Below, in pieces: positions 1-13,400 of a DNA stretch of 64,000 nucleotides. Every line of letters begins with the position of its first letter. Position 1 is the first letter of the stretch. A model generated the notes under the pieces. That model was not told the origin of the DNA and made no database searches. It was given only the letters and a program-made list of their open reading frames with translations. The DNA is from Klebsormidium nitens (Eukaryota > Plantae > Klebsormidiophyceae), in assembly GCA_000708835.1 (NCBI GenBank), contig DF237050.1, positions 119,919 through 183,918 on the forward strand. Reading direction: 5' to 3'. Both the position numbers and the translations under genes were made by a program.

Positions 1-29
1 TGAAACCCAGCATGCTCGATGTGCCGCAG

Positions 30-1738
30 GTGCTGTTCAACGACACCATCTTCTACAATATCGCGTACGGTCGACCTACTGCCAGCAAGGATGACATCAT
101 CACGGCCGCGAAGATGGCCAAGCTGCACGACGCGATCATGCGCATGCCGGACGGCTACGAGACGCTTGTCGGCGAGCGCGGTCTCAAGGTAAGGCCTCGC
201 TGGGTTCTTTGGCCTGCAGAACAAATTTCTGGTATACGTGGTTTCCTGATCCTTGTAAGATGGTTTCATTTCACAACCGACCGTTTTACCGGTACGGGTA
301 AACAAATTCTCGGTAATGAGAGTTTTGCGAGTCCTGGAAGCAGCCCTATGAAACATTCATGCAAAGCATTTACTGACGACACAACCTAAGCTTTTTCGAG
401 GTAGGCTTGTGATGTTCCACACAACAAGTCCTCACTTAGGCTAGTATCCTACCCAAGATCCTACATCAAGGCTAGTCTAAGCTAGTCTAGACTAGAAAGC
501 TCAAGGCGCTGAGTCACAAATCGAGCGGGTTCGATCACTCATCTGGGTGAGGTTGGACTAGCGGAGTATCTGAAGATTATAGTTGAAGTCGAGTTGCGTC
601 AAGCCGTTGACCGAATGGAATTGTAGCGGGCGGTGCTGACGTGATTCAGTGGAGGCCTGGTCTGGGGTCCGATTTGCTCGGTCGCTGGCGACTCTGGTTG
701 ATTAATCCGGAAGCAATGAAGTCGCCGATTGCCAGGAGCGAAGCCTCGCTAAGGGTCCGTGAGGCACGAAAGCTTCCAGGAACGAAAGCACGCGCTCTGA
801 TCCTAGATGCTGGCGGCTCGCGATTCGCCCAAAAGCATTTGTTGACGAAACTTCCGCTTTCTGCAGTTGAGCGGCGGCGAGAAGCAGCGCGTAGCCATTG
901 CGAGGGCATTCCTGAAGTCGCCCCGCATGCTGTGCTGCGACGAGGCCACGTCAGCCCTTGACTCAGGGACGGAGGTGAGGGCACTTATCAAAGATGGAGG
1001 CCCTTGGTTCAGTTTGTTCGATGCAGCTTTTCTGAACGGCGCATGTTGGTGTTTATGCAGGTTTTAGATAGATGTATTACTTGCAAGGGGGAGGAAAGTT
1101 CGCAGCAGCTGACCGGTAAGAGTTTGACAAGTAGCCGGTTCTACATGGGTTTTGGCCCCCCCAATCTTGGTGCAGGGCTGGTTTGATTGGCATCTTTCTT
1201 GCAGATACGACTCCTCTCAGGAGCTTATGGTTTTGCCTTGCAGGCCGCAATTTTGGACTCTTTGAAAGAGCTGGCCGCCGGTCGCACGTGCCTCTTCGTG
1301 GCCCATCGGTTATCGACGGTGGCCCACTGTGACCACATCCTAGTCATGGACGCGGGGTTGATAGTTGAGGAGGGCACGCATGAAGAACTGGTACAAAAGG
1401 GCGGGGCATATAGCAAGATGTGGTCGTTACAGCAGGCGGAAAAGAAAGAGGATGCCCCCGAGAATGGGCATAACGGTGCTAACGGTGCGGCGAGTGTTAG
1501 TGGGAGAGGACTGGAGTCGGAAGGACTGGCGTCGTCATCTAGGGAAGACAGCGCCCATGTAAATAACGGGACCAACGGTGCGAATGGCGTTGAGAGGAGC
1601 TTGGCCAGCCGAGAACTGAAAGAGGAGATGCAGCGGAGCGAAGAAGTGGGTGTCGTAGTGGAAGAAAGTGCCAAGACTGGAACTGCTGGCTTCAGAGTAG
1701 ACGATCTTTTGCCTGCCACGAGAAGCGAGTCCGAGTAG
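30..1738 (+). CDS. ABCB half-transporter, ATM1/ATM3 (ABCB25)-type; C-terminal NBD exons only (5'-partial)
   Basis: Exons 30-188, 867-974 and 1244-1738, all GT-AG and phase 0. Translation gives [14 protein letters not shown]...LVGERGLK|[33 protein letters not shown]|...FVAHRLST, containing the ABC signature, Walker B, D-loop and H-loop. Confidence 0.9.
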
Positions 1739-2662
1739 CTAATCTGCACGCTTTGATTGGATATTTTTCTTGGCTCGTTTCGGCTCTTTTCTGTTCATGC
1801 ACGCAAGTACGTTCCTGCACATAGAGTCGGATTTGTTGTCCTCAGCCCCATCCTGCTAAAAAGCAACAAGACGGTCTGCTCTAATTCTTACTTCCACACG
1901 CGTTGTATAGCACAATTTCCGCTCTGATGCATGCAATTTGTGGTCACATTTTGGAAGCAACCCTTTAAGTTTCATGAGCACGTATATAGCACGGTTGCCG
2001 ATGGCCACCGGAGTTGGCGCACGCGTGACTGCATAAATGTGTTGTAATTCTTATGTTGATCATGTTAAGAACACGGCCCAAAGCAAGCCCAGGGACTATG
2101 CATCTCACTGACGGTTTCGTGGAATTCGAGTGAGGAGGGATTGATCCACGCAATGATTTTCTGTACGCAAATGAACGATGGCGTTAGTTCACACATTAAG
2201 CAAATCTGCCCGTCTGGGGCACTCTGGCGGTCAAAGATTTGATGCACAATCATGCACAAGCCCCATGCTTCGGTACGGGCTTTATAATGTGATGTATGTA
2301 TGTATGCACACAAGGTACTCAATGAAGGAAAGCATGATGCATCTAACATTCGGTAGGCTTGTAGCAAACAAGTAATCCAGCACAGAAACGACCCGCGTGT
2401 CTGATCAACTGAAGAAACGAACCCCGACTGGATACTCCTTTGAGATATAGGGTATCCACATTGTTCACTCTAACCTAGGTCACCTTCCTGATTAGGGATA
2501 CTCGCGTTTTCAGCGGATCTCGCAGGCTTCCCTTCTCTCACGTGTTTGATAAGGGAAGAAACCTCAAACTCAATAACTAACCTAACGACCAGGCTCCTTT
2601 CCAATGAGCCTGGCCGATCCCGTCGAACCGCGACCCACTATGACAAACGCAAAAGTCCCCGT
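1739..2662. other. Tail-to-tail spacer 1, palindrome/RY-rich
   Basis: Lies between two stop codons. Contains TGCATGCA (1928-1935), CGTATATAG, CACGCGTG and an (ATGT)n run near 2295. Confidence 0.5.
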
Positions 2663-5600
2663 CTACCGCTTTACTTCAAAGCACTGCGAGCGATTGATCA
2701 TGAACTCCATTGTTGACGTGCTATAGCCCGCTGACCCTGTCCTAGACCCCCTCCTAAAGGTGGACGTGCTCGCCCTTTGCATTGTGTGCGACAAGCCCTG
2801 TGACATACTAAACGCGCGGCCCCGTTCCTCGTACTCATCCATAGACGCAAACCCTACCGCGCACTCTCTGAGGTCGTTATCTAGCTGCAACGTCAGCGGA
2901 TCGCCTCCCGCAAACGCGGCGGACTGCCCAATCTGCGCTATTGCATTTTCCAGCATCTTCTGTGCCGCTCCTAGTTGCCCGAGCTCCGCCCACTCCCGAG
3001 CGGTGCTCATCGCCCGGGTTGCAATCAACCGGTTCCTCTGCCTGTCTACGTCGATGTCAACGAGGTCCTCCCCGGGCGGGATTTGGAGTGGCCGGGACAC
3101 CACAAGCTCCGCTGGGGTTACCGCTTTGATGAGTTGAGTGCGCGCTTGGACATAGTTCCCTGAAGCCGCAAGCACGAGCTGGCGTTCGTCCGCACCCCTC
3201 GAACCCGCGAACTTGGGAAGGTTCAGCTCCACCAGGATATCGCGGGCCTCCTCGGCGTACATGTCGCCCAGCACGATCTCGGCCCGGGTGCCCGCCTCGT
3301 CGACCGTCCGCTCGAACATCCCCGCGTGCAGATGCTGGATCCGACAACCGTTACCATCAACATTAAGTCCGCCCACCTGGAGCGACACCGTCACGTCCTG
3401 GGCCACGACCGTGAGCAGCCCACCGATGCACCGCGCGAAAGCGTCCTGCACGCCCTCCGTTTTCTTGATGAAGCTGTACGTGCCTTTGGCCTCGCTTGCA
3501 ACCGAGAACATGGCCTCCGCGTCGTGGTCGCCCCCAAACCCGAACGTGTGCACCGCAACCCCAGCCCAGTCGGTGACGCCCCACTCGGGCAGCAGCAGCG
3601 ACATCTCGCGCCGGCCCCACGAGTCCTGCCCGTCCGACAGCAACACCACCGCGCGCACCGGGTTTCGCGTGCGCGCATCTTTCAACACCTTCAGCCCCAG
3701 CCGCAGCCCCGCGCCGATGTTCGTCCCGGACGAGACCTCGATCCGCTTGACAGCGGAGACGATCCGCTCGCGCCCGGCGTCCGTGACGCGCAGCAGGGGC
3801 GTCACGCGGTACGCGCGCTTCGAGAACGCGACCACCGAGAGCCGGTCGTTCGGGCCCAGGTTCTGGGTCACGAACTCGATCGTCTTCTGCACCAGCCGCA
3901 ATTTGCGCCCCATCATGCTCTTGCTGACGTCAAGGACCGCGACCAAGTCCAGCGGGGCGCGCGCCTCCTCGAGCGAATGCGGGTCCGGCCCGGGGAGTGC
4001 CTCCGGGGCCGGGCACACGCTCTCCGACAACCGCAGCCGCTCCGTCATCTGCTCCGTCAGCCAGCCGTCGAGATCCGCCGAGTCGCGCCTCTCCAACGGT
4101 TGCAGGAGCGCCACGTCTGCAGACCCGGCTCTTTGGAGGCGGTCACCCGCATTCCGTGGCCACTCCAAGCTGTCCAGCTCGGCGGAGCCACGAGAACCGG
4201 TCCGCTTGCGGCTGGGGACGCCCGACGTGCCCACGTCAGATTCGAAGGAGCGGCCACTGCCCGACGCTTTTCGGCTGTGGTGTGAAGTGGCGCCGGGCGG
4301 AGACTGGTTGCTGCTGCTCGGGTTAGAAGCGGGGGGTTTGGCCAGTGGCGCCGCTTTGACGGTGACTAGGCAAAGGAACTTGTCGCGGGAGTCGGCGGCG
4401 GCAACCGCGGGGTGCTCGCTTCGAACGGAGATCTGCGACCGGAGTTAAAAACATGGGTTATGCATTGAACTAAGCCAACAAGGTGGGCTGGACTAGGATT
4501 GCAGTTAGACTTCATCTGGCAGGGCGCGTGCCAGAAGCGGAAGGTCAGGCGGTGATAAAGTAAGTCAACTATGAAAAGCACGTCTTCTGAACAAAGAAGT
4601 GTTACCGAAAAGTGAAGGTTACAGTCAAGTTGCACAGAAAAAGACCGACCAAAAGCCGTCTGTTTGTCAAAGTCTGGCATGTGAACCTCGTACTCCAACT
4701 TCCGCTCAAAAAGGTGGTGAATGAACCCCTTGCCCGCAGACGTCGGCCACTTTACAATTAGCCGTCTGCACGCGGAGGAAAACTTGTACCAAGCAATTCT
4801 CATGTCGTTCTCCACACTCGAAGCAGCGGCCGAGACCAAGACCCACCTCCAGATCCGGCGCACTCCCCGGGATTGGCTGCAGCGGCATCACCGGGTCGTC
4901 ATCATCGAACATCTCCGGTCCAATCGCCGCCTCAAAGCGCGCCATGTCGAACCCGCCATCCGCCTGCAGGCTCCCCCCGAACTGATGCCCGCTCGCCTGA
5001 TTCCAGGCCTCCGGCTGGTTGGCCCCGCGCTGCTCCTGCACCCCCCGCAGCACCTCCGAGATGCCGTCCGACCCAAAGTCACTGTTGTAAAACCAGCCGC
5101 GGCTGTCTGCGATCGGGTTTGGACGCTCATCGGCAGTGTTCGGACGCTCCCCAGCTGCATGCGGACGGTCCGTCGAGCGGCTGTACACGATGTTGCTGTT
5201 GGTGTCGACTCGAATGTCCCGCTCGTTCTCGTCCATGGACGACCAAGTTCCGTCGGCGGGGGGCACGGACGTGCGGAAGCTTTCCAGGTGCTCGGGGAAC
5301 TCTCTAGAGGGGCTGCTCTCCTTGACGGGGCTGGGGGAGCCTCTTCCCGGTTCTGGGGAGAGCGAGCCGGGGCGGCTGGTCACAGGCGATTTGTAGACGC
5401 CCACTTCTACAGGAGGGTTCCTGTCAAGGACCTTGAATGCTTTGGAGTAGCTCGCAAACAGGGGGTGATCCGGAGGCAGCGCATGCCCGCTGGTAAGAAT
5501 CTCTGCACTCTGGTTCCACATCTCGTCCCCCGTAACGGGCTCGACATCCGGGGCTTTCCTGCCCCGCCCCCTGGCTGGAGGCGACTCCTCATCAGAGCCA

Positions 5601-7872
5601 CTACTTTCTACCAAAGCACCGGTGGGTTTGAACTCTCTGCTGGGAGCGAAAAAGTGTGCCCAATCCTGATCGTCCAGCTTACTCGCAGCCGGCCGGGCCC
5701 CCCTCCCTGGCGGGGGGGTTAGACTGCCCCTTCCGGGGGGCGGCGTCAAGCTCCCCACTCCTCTCAAACCCTCCCCCGCCGCCCTGTTCTCGCCGTCAAA
5801 GGATTGCGACCGTCGTTTTCCTTCCAGGGGGTTCGCCACGAGCTTGGGAGCCGGCCCTGTGTCCTCTGTATTTGCGGCCTGCCGCCTCTCGTAGCGCCGC
5901 CGCGGGCTGATTGGAGGGGTCTTCCGCCCGGGGGGTGGCTTCAGGTGGGTGCTTTTCTTGTCGGGCGACGCGGCTTCGATGATGCTGGGCAGCGGGGCGC
6001 TGTCCTTTGAGGTCCTCCGGCGACGCGCAAAGATGGGGGGTGCCTGTGGCCCAGGAACGGGGGCCGAACCGGGCTTATTCACCTTAAGCGCCGGCGGCTG
6101 AACGGGTATGTTCACACCACCTGTATCTTGAGCTGGTGCCGGTTCAGGAGGACTCTGGCTGCGCTCTTGTGCGTCGCTCTTCGCATGCACGCCGAAGCAA
6201 AACTCGGGCGCCGGGGCTCCCCCCCCCTCCTTTCTCTTGGCAAAGTCGCCCCCCCGCTGCAGAGCCACCGGGCTTGGCAGGTCGTCAAGCACGCCCGGGG
6301 ACGCTTCCGAGAAGCGCTCCGAGTGGTGGAAGTGGAACGGGTCCCCGGGCGACTGCTCGGCTTCGTATTCGTCGGCATCGAGCTGCAGGGTTCTCTTTGC
6401 CCAGGAGCCCTTGAATGCTGACGCCGGAGGGCCCTCCGAAGGCCCCGTTCCGGCTTCCGTCATGTCGCGGAAGGTGGGCGGACGTTCCAGGGCTAAAGGC
6501 CCGGAGCCTGGGGCCTGGTTAGGTTTGGAGGGGTGCTGAATCACGGGTGCCACAGGGATGTCGTCCAAGTCTACATCGTCGTCAGCAGGGGGAAGCGGAG
6601 GGGTTGTCGAGGGCCGGCTGCTGCGGGGTGGTCGGGCACCTGCTTCGCAAAGGGCAGGCCTCAGAGAGGATACTTATATGAGCGAATGCTTTCACAGATT
6701 AGATTGCCGTAAAGAGCAATGGTATACCCGTACCAACTTCGATGTAGCGGCAAGCATCTTTCGCGCCCCAAGTTCTCACTGTGAAAACTTCCCTCCGGCC
6801 TTTCCTCAAGTTCAAGTCAAGCAGGCAAGCATCCTTTCGTTCGAACGGAACCTACAACTGCTCTCAAGTCAAAAAGCTTCGGACTTATTGCCCCCAGCCC
6901 CCACACAAACACGCAAACTGACTTCCATGAGTCACAAAGGAAGCAATGTTTTTAGCCCTCAGCGGTTGGATGACAAACCTCAACCCACAGGCGACCTGGT
7001 TAAAGTGGCGACCGCTCACCTGCGCCCTTGCGGTTCAGCGGCTGTCCCTGGTAGGAGTAGCCCAGCGCGCCGTTGGCCCAGGCCCCCGTGTCCGGGAGGC
7101 GGCGCCACGTCTTGCGGCAGAGCGGACACCGCAGCTGACCGAGGTCGAGGCCCAGAGCGATGCACTCGAAGTGGAATGTGTGGCCACACTCAGCAGTGAA
7201 CAAAGAGCCAGGGTGTCGCGGGTCTGCCTCCCTCCGACAAGATGCACACGCCTGGAGAAGGAGAGTCCATGGTGAAGACATCAAGGACGGTCTTGTACAA
7301 ACGTCTTGGAAGACCTCAAACCTCAACAGGTCGTTCTAATAATGAGAACGTCTTAGCCAGCTTCAGAATTTGCCCTACGTACGACAGAAGCATTCAGTAA
7401 TTGCATGCATCAGTCCCAAAACCTTCCTCATCAGTATAATTCCTTCCACCATGTACGAGTTTGTTCGGCATTGAATAGTGATTGACTCATGAATGAGTTT
7501 GCCCACCTTTGAGTCGCCTGCCGCACTCTTTGGCCTCTGGAACACCATGCTCTGGAATGTCGGCCGCGTGACCACCAAGCCGTCCAGCTCCCCGCTGTAC
7601 GTGTGCGGGGCCTCCCGCTTGAACTCCGTGCTGACATCAGACCCGAAAGCGGCGACATCATGCGCCCCTTCCCCTCTCTCTGACTCTTCGGAAAGCTCTG
7701 GCCCCAGTGCATGCCGCCCGTTTCTCTCCACATATGGTCCCCCGCTGCCCTCAGCCTTTTGCTGCTCCCGACGAGGTGGGGTGCTCTCCCGGCCGTCCGG
7801 CTGGTCAGGGACCGCGCCTCTGTCTTTCCCACGGGCAGAGAACCTCCCAACTAGTGTGGTAAGTTTGCCCAT
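2663..7872 (-). CDS. RING-H2 + von Willebrand A domain E3 ligase (WAV3/EDA40-like), about 1386 aa
   Basis: Exons 7872-7507, 7251-7020, 6639-4847 and 4432-2663, phases consistent. RING-H2 is CASC...FTAECGHTFHFEC...CPLC. VWA MIDAS motif LDVSKSM, plus TNIGAGL and LLSDGQD. Confidence 0.88.
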
Positions 7873-9567
7873 CGGGTGACCGACTAAGGCTTCTCTGAGT
7901 ATTGGAGTTGAGGCGAATCAACCTGCTTTACCTGTTCCAATTGCTAGGACAAGTGCACTAGCACTTCTCCATCTACTGTAATACCAGCTTGCACTTGAGA
8001 GTGCACATTGCCGTCCTCTGTGCAGATACCGTGCTTGTACCTGAACAAGAAGACCTGATGAGAGTACAGACCGAAACTTCATTACTTGGTGAAGTGGTTC
8101 TCAAAGGTGAAGGTATGTTGGTTATGTTGCGTCCTTGCTTACAAGCACAGTCTGAAACAGAAATAGTCCTGCTTCATCTTGAAACTCATTTTAGACCTTT
8201 ATGGTAGGGCAATGATGCAGTCGCATCGGTTGTAGCTCCACCTGAAGGGGAGATTCTAGTGTTAAAGCACAGCACTTCGCCACAATATAGAGGCACCCGC
8301 AAGCAAAAAGTTGATTACACAGTGGTTCTTTGAAAGCCTGCTTTACCAAGCTCCCTCATGGTCTTCTATCTTTGATATCAAGCTCAGTTGCTCATAAAAC
8401 CAAGTTGAAAAGCAAGCAGCGGGATGTATGTATACCTCTTACTGTCAATCAACCAGACTTAGAACACTTGAAACCAACCCCACCCTTTCACAAAATTCTC
8501 TTTGAGGTTTGAGGAACCAGGATTCTCATAATACATGGCAAAGCTAGTGGCAGAAGAGAAAAAATGTAACCCTTCCAGCTATATCATAAGGAAACGACAA
8601 CATACCCAAGTTGTCAACATTCACCTGGGAAGAGCAAGGACGTCCACCCCTCAGATTCAGCTGGCAACGTTATCATCAACCGCTGACTTGTACCTGCAAA
8701 GCCGCGGGCTTTATACCTTCTTTGAGGCTCCTTTGACAAGGACGGAAATGCAGCTCCTGAACTTAGCATACATACCTCGGATACCGGAGTTCCTTGGAAG
8801 AGGAATGAAAAGACTGCTTCAATGTTCACAAAGCTTCCAAGTAAGCGCCAAAATCCTCTCTGCCTAGTACCTACCCTACCTTACTTATCTCTGCAGTCCA
8901 TCATGTATGACGCCAAATTGCAAGGGCGCTCGCCGCTCGCCGCTCTGTGCCTGCATGCGGCACGTTCTTGCCTGGTCAACGGTTGACCGCATTTACGCAC
9001 GGGGGAGGAGACGAAGCTTCGAAACTCGGCCACATCCTTTCAGTTCTCCGTTTTACTTTGAATAAACATCTGCCGTCGTATTTGCAGCTGCGGCGCCCGT
9101 TTGAACGAACAAATGCAAGGTTTCTCGTATCTACCTACACCTAGGTGATCGTTTGTGACCTGCTAGACTTCAACCTGCGATGAGCTGTTTTTAAAAGGAT
9201 ATGTTAGCACATTACCATTTAGTTGTGTCCAGGGTTTGGTTTCGTCCCCGGCTAACCGAAGCCGAAGTGATCCTGCGGGGCCCGTTTCGGGAGGAATCCC
9301 CTCCCGGAGAACGCTGAAGCCGTGAGATGACATCGAGTTTCTTCAGCGGACGGTGAACAATTGATCCGCTGCAATCGCTCCATTAGCTGAATTCATAGAC
9401 TCTTTCAGCAATCCGGACCGTCAATTTGAAGCGCTTTTGCATCGGACGGCGCTTGTCTTACTTAAGAAGTAGAGTGAAACGTTCGCTGCTGGCCGGAGAT
9501 CTGGATTCTTGGTTTGTGGCTCACATTGACAAGAGAAGACTGACCGTGAGTCAAAAGGGACAATCTA

Positions 9568-10240
9568 CACTATTATATTAGTGTCTCCGGTCGATCTGTC
9601 AGAGTACTCTCACAGGGCGTCAATCTGTGCAGGCATTGGTTAATGGTCTGACATGTGTCAGAGTGATCTGTTTGCTTGGATGCGGGACTCCGGTCCTCTT
9701 TGACCGCGCACCGGCATGGTACCGAGCTACTTCCCGGGGACCTCCTGGGGACCTCTCAGTTTCCCGGTGACACTGCACAGTGCACAGTCACTGCCTTTTC
9801 AGTCACAGTTGTCAGTCACAGTCACAGTCTAGGTACCTCTAATAGTGTCCATGGTGTCAAGACCCACAGTATGAGTCACAATTGGTTTCCCGGCAGGTTA
9901 AAAAGCGCCACAGTTTACGGTCACAATCAAGGTTTAATCGTGTCTCAGTCTCAGTCACAGTCACAGTCTCAACCACAGTCACAGTGTCAATCATAAAATC
10001 AAACTTACAGTCACAGTCAACGGATAACCGTATAATAGGTAGCTTAAAAAGATTCAAACCTGATTGACACAGTAAGATTTGGCGGTCGTCCAGCTTACCC
10101 GGCCGGCGATAGCAAGTGCCCGGATGACCGCTGTGCAGGTGTGGTACCTACCGGCCAGCTTCATAGATTTGATCATTTATGGTCGCGGCACGGGAGGGTG
10201 TTAACACAGAAGAATTTCCGGAGACACTAATATTATAGTG
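9568..10240. mobile_element. Non-autonomous TIR DNA transposon (MITE-like), 673 bp
   Basis: Left end CACTATTATATTAGTGTCTCCGG (9568-9590) matches the reverse complement of 10218-10240 at 22/23 nt. TA flanks both sides (9566-9567, 10241-10242). No transposase ORF inside. Confidence 0.75.
9942..10019. repeat. Degenerate (CAGTCA)n/(CACAGT)n hexamer array inside the MITE
   Basis: Sequence reads gtctcagtctcagtcacagtcacagtctcaaccacagtcacagtgtc..., with a second patch at about 9781-9830. Confidence 0.8.
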
Positions 10241-10492
10241 TACTTTGTCCTACTTGCGACAGTGAGAGCAGGAGGAGGCTTGTGCTTCAGAAGGGGATTG
10301 GTTGTCAGGTTTTATAAAAGGGAAGGGGTCACCACCTCAATGTCTGGGCCGGAACGCAGCTGCATGCACTGACAGAAGAGGTTCACGAGCCTGCCAGGCG
10401 CAAGAGCGCTTGCCTCTTGAGCTCATCCATCGATATCAAGTTTAGTCAACAGAATAGAGCGAGTTTCTTTCAAAAGAATTCTTTCCTCTCTC

Positions 10493-13400
10493 ATGATGGC
10501 ATTTGCAGCCGGACCGCTCCAGCGTCCTATCAGCTTCCTTGACCTCTGCATTGCTCGCAGACTGACTCATCATTTTGCCACGACATCGCTGGAATCACGC
10601 CCCGCCCCTGCGGCCCTCGCTTCCACCTCCGAGAGTGCTTCTTCAAAACCAGTAAAATCCACAAGCGCGGAGTCAGAAGGAGCCCCTATCCTTTCAGATG
10701 GCAAAGCACAGGTAGAAGCAGCAGCATCGAGTAACATGCCTTCAACAAGTGCGGAGACTTTTCTTCCAAAGCTTGAAGGATCATATTTTGCAGCACAAAT
10801 GAATTCCAATCCTGCAGCAGATGCCACTGTTGGACAAATTCCTACTGTTCTACATTCGCTGGCCCGTTCCCTTTTTCCAAGCACGAAGTTTTTAGCGCAG
10901 CGTCATAGCCAGGGAGCCAGCATCCTTCAGCACAGGTCATTCTCCGCTCATGCGCATCTTCCGAGGACTGCAGCGGTGGCGCCTGCCGTGCTAGGCTGGC
11001 GACCAAGCTTGGAAGAACTAGAGAGGGAGGAAAGGAAGAGGAGGGCCTGCCAGGCAGGGCCCTCTCACAGAGCTCTTCTGGTGGACGCGGCGGGGACACT
11101 ACTTGCTCCCTCAGAGCCAGCTGCGCAGGTAAATGAGATTTTCGTCTAAACAGAACGGTTGTGAAACCGGGAAATGCGTGCCGAGTATCTTCTGGTTGGA
11201 TATCTGTTGAAAGTTTGAAAGATATCTGCTTGTTACAGGTCCTGGAGAGACTAGTCGCGCCTGATCTAATGCAGCAGTCCCAAGATTGCTTGAGGTATCT
11301 AAGTGTTCACCGCATGGTTTGGCAGCGTTTGATTAAGATAGTTCTTGCTGGACATTATGGTCGTAAAACAAGCGAAGAAAGTGATTCAAAAAGCATATTC
11401 TGTGTTCCCCAGTCAAACGCCTGAAATGATTGTGGAAGCTCAGTGTACATGATTGGCATTCCTTCCGAATGAGCCATCTAAACTAGGTAGATACGAGTGG
11501 TGGCTTGAAATATTGCGTAGTGAACCTGACGTGGCCAACTGTAATTTTACCCCTGCTTTCTCTCCTCCCTCACTAACTTATTTCAATCCAGGTCTACAAG
11601 ACCATCGGAAGAAAGTATGGCGTGACCATCTCAGAGGGCGACATTCTGCGTCGGTATCGCTGGGCCTATTCGCAGCCATGGAGCGAGTCTCACCTCAGGT
11701 GACCTCAAGCGTCGCCCTTTTCGTCTTTTATCTTTGCTTCCTTTTGTTCGCGTTTCTGTGTATCTAGTGATTAGGGACTGGAAGATTCAAACGGGTTGCC
11801 ATCAACATACTGCCTTGTTGACGTGCCAATGAACCAAGAAAGAAGCAGCAGTGACATCATGCACAATAGTCAAGAGTTGTTCAGACAAACTCAGATTGAT
11901 CTGAAAAGACAAGACCGCGCCACTCCCTGGGCATGAGCAATAGGCCCGTGCAAGAGTTGTGACAATTAACCAGAGTCAGAAAAAATCGCCTCAATCCCGT
12001 ACTTGGGTTCTGGCAAGTAATCTTTGAAAGTGTTAGAGCGGACCACCATCAGCCACTCTAATGCATCGGGTGCTCCAGAACAGCACGTGATGAACATTGT
12101 CTCCAACAGCTCATTGTCTGGGTCTTTTCGATTGTCGTTTTGAGCGCAGACCTTCTGTAAGTCGATGGAGTCCGGCATGGTTATACGTTGCAGATTGTCT
12201 CTACCGTTTTAAGACAAGTGCGGCAGCGTTTTGAACAAGATTCCTGACCCCAATTCCCCTCAGGTATGTGGACGACGCCCGCTTCTTTTGGGCTTCCGTG
12301 ATCGAGGCGTCCACTGGCTGTTCAGACCCTCAATACTTCGAGGATCTGTACCAATACTATGCCAGCGCAAGGGTGAGGTTTTTGCTCAAAAATGATCTTA
12401 TGTTGATTAGTTGATATCGTAGACAGCTGGAAGGTCTCGGCTCATCATCCAGCTGTTGGTCAGGGTTTAGATCAGCCACTTGGTACTTGTCCATTGACAA
12501 GGTTCGTGAATGTAAGGGGTGCACTGATTGCTTACCACTTCTTGAGGACCAATCCCGTCAATCCCATGAACCACTTTCTCTTCCTCCCATGAGACTTGTG
12601 GAAGCTGGCTAGCTGGTCGTCGTAGTGGGTGGCTTTCTACATGGATTCGGCAATTGTTTGTGATACCTTCTTTGAGCTATGTGGGGAGCAGTCAACATTC
12701 AGATGGAGCTAGACCCTCTGACTAGTGGAAGTGGCTTCAAAACACTCACCCTGACAGTCTTAGGATTTGCGCTGCCTTTCGAAAAGCCTAGCGAATGAAG
12801 ACCCAGTTAGGCGTGCCTACCGTTGCGCCTTTCGGGCGACCAAATTTTGCAAAGTGATCTTCCAAAAATCTCAATCAAGCGGCAGTCCATAAGCATCCGA
12901 AATTTCAACTCGAGCGGCCTGCTGACGATTTTTCATAATGTTCCCCAGGCGTGGAGGCTGATTGATCCGCATGCGGGGGAGGCTTTTTCAGCACTGCGAG
13001 AGGCGGGCGTGAAAATAGCGGTCGTGTCCAACTTTGACACGCGGCTGCGGCCGATCCTGGAGCAGCTGGGCTGCAGCGACTGGTTCGACGCGCTGGCCAT
13101 CTCGGCGGAGGTGGGAGCACGAGCCCTCAACTATTTTGAATCTTACGCACTTGGATACTCTTGACTTTGTTCGATTCACAGTCCTTGCATAGCAGTCCGT
13201 TGATCTCAAGAGCACCGGGCGTGAGGGCATCTCGATGTCAAAATGCGCACAACTGTTTTTACCCTTTACCCCCCAATACCTAACCACTGAGCTTCCAAGA
13301 ACGGTCTACAAGTCTTGAACATTTTCCGGATTAAGAATATTGGTGAAGTCCTCCAATGCAAAGCCAAGTGGAACGGTAACAGATTGTACAGTCCCCTGCT

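Noticed and set aside
441-495. Five CTAG sites and a gctagtcta duplication in ABC intron 1
   Set aside because: A short local slippage duplication, with no termini or second copy seen.
3213-4448. 411-aa + strand ORF (also 3326-4285 and 4721-5722)
   Set aside because: Antisense shadows of GC-rich RING/VWA exons, with no recognisable motifs.
9241-9360. GC-rich, potentially structured stretch considered as an ncRNA
   Set aside because: No tRNA, SRP, snRNA or snoRNA hallmarks were recognisable. An Rfam search would be needed.
9776-10019. Repeat array considered as CRISPR-like
   Set aside because: It is a hexamer microsatellite without unique spacers, in a eukaryotic context with no cas genes.
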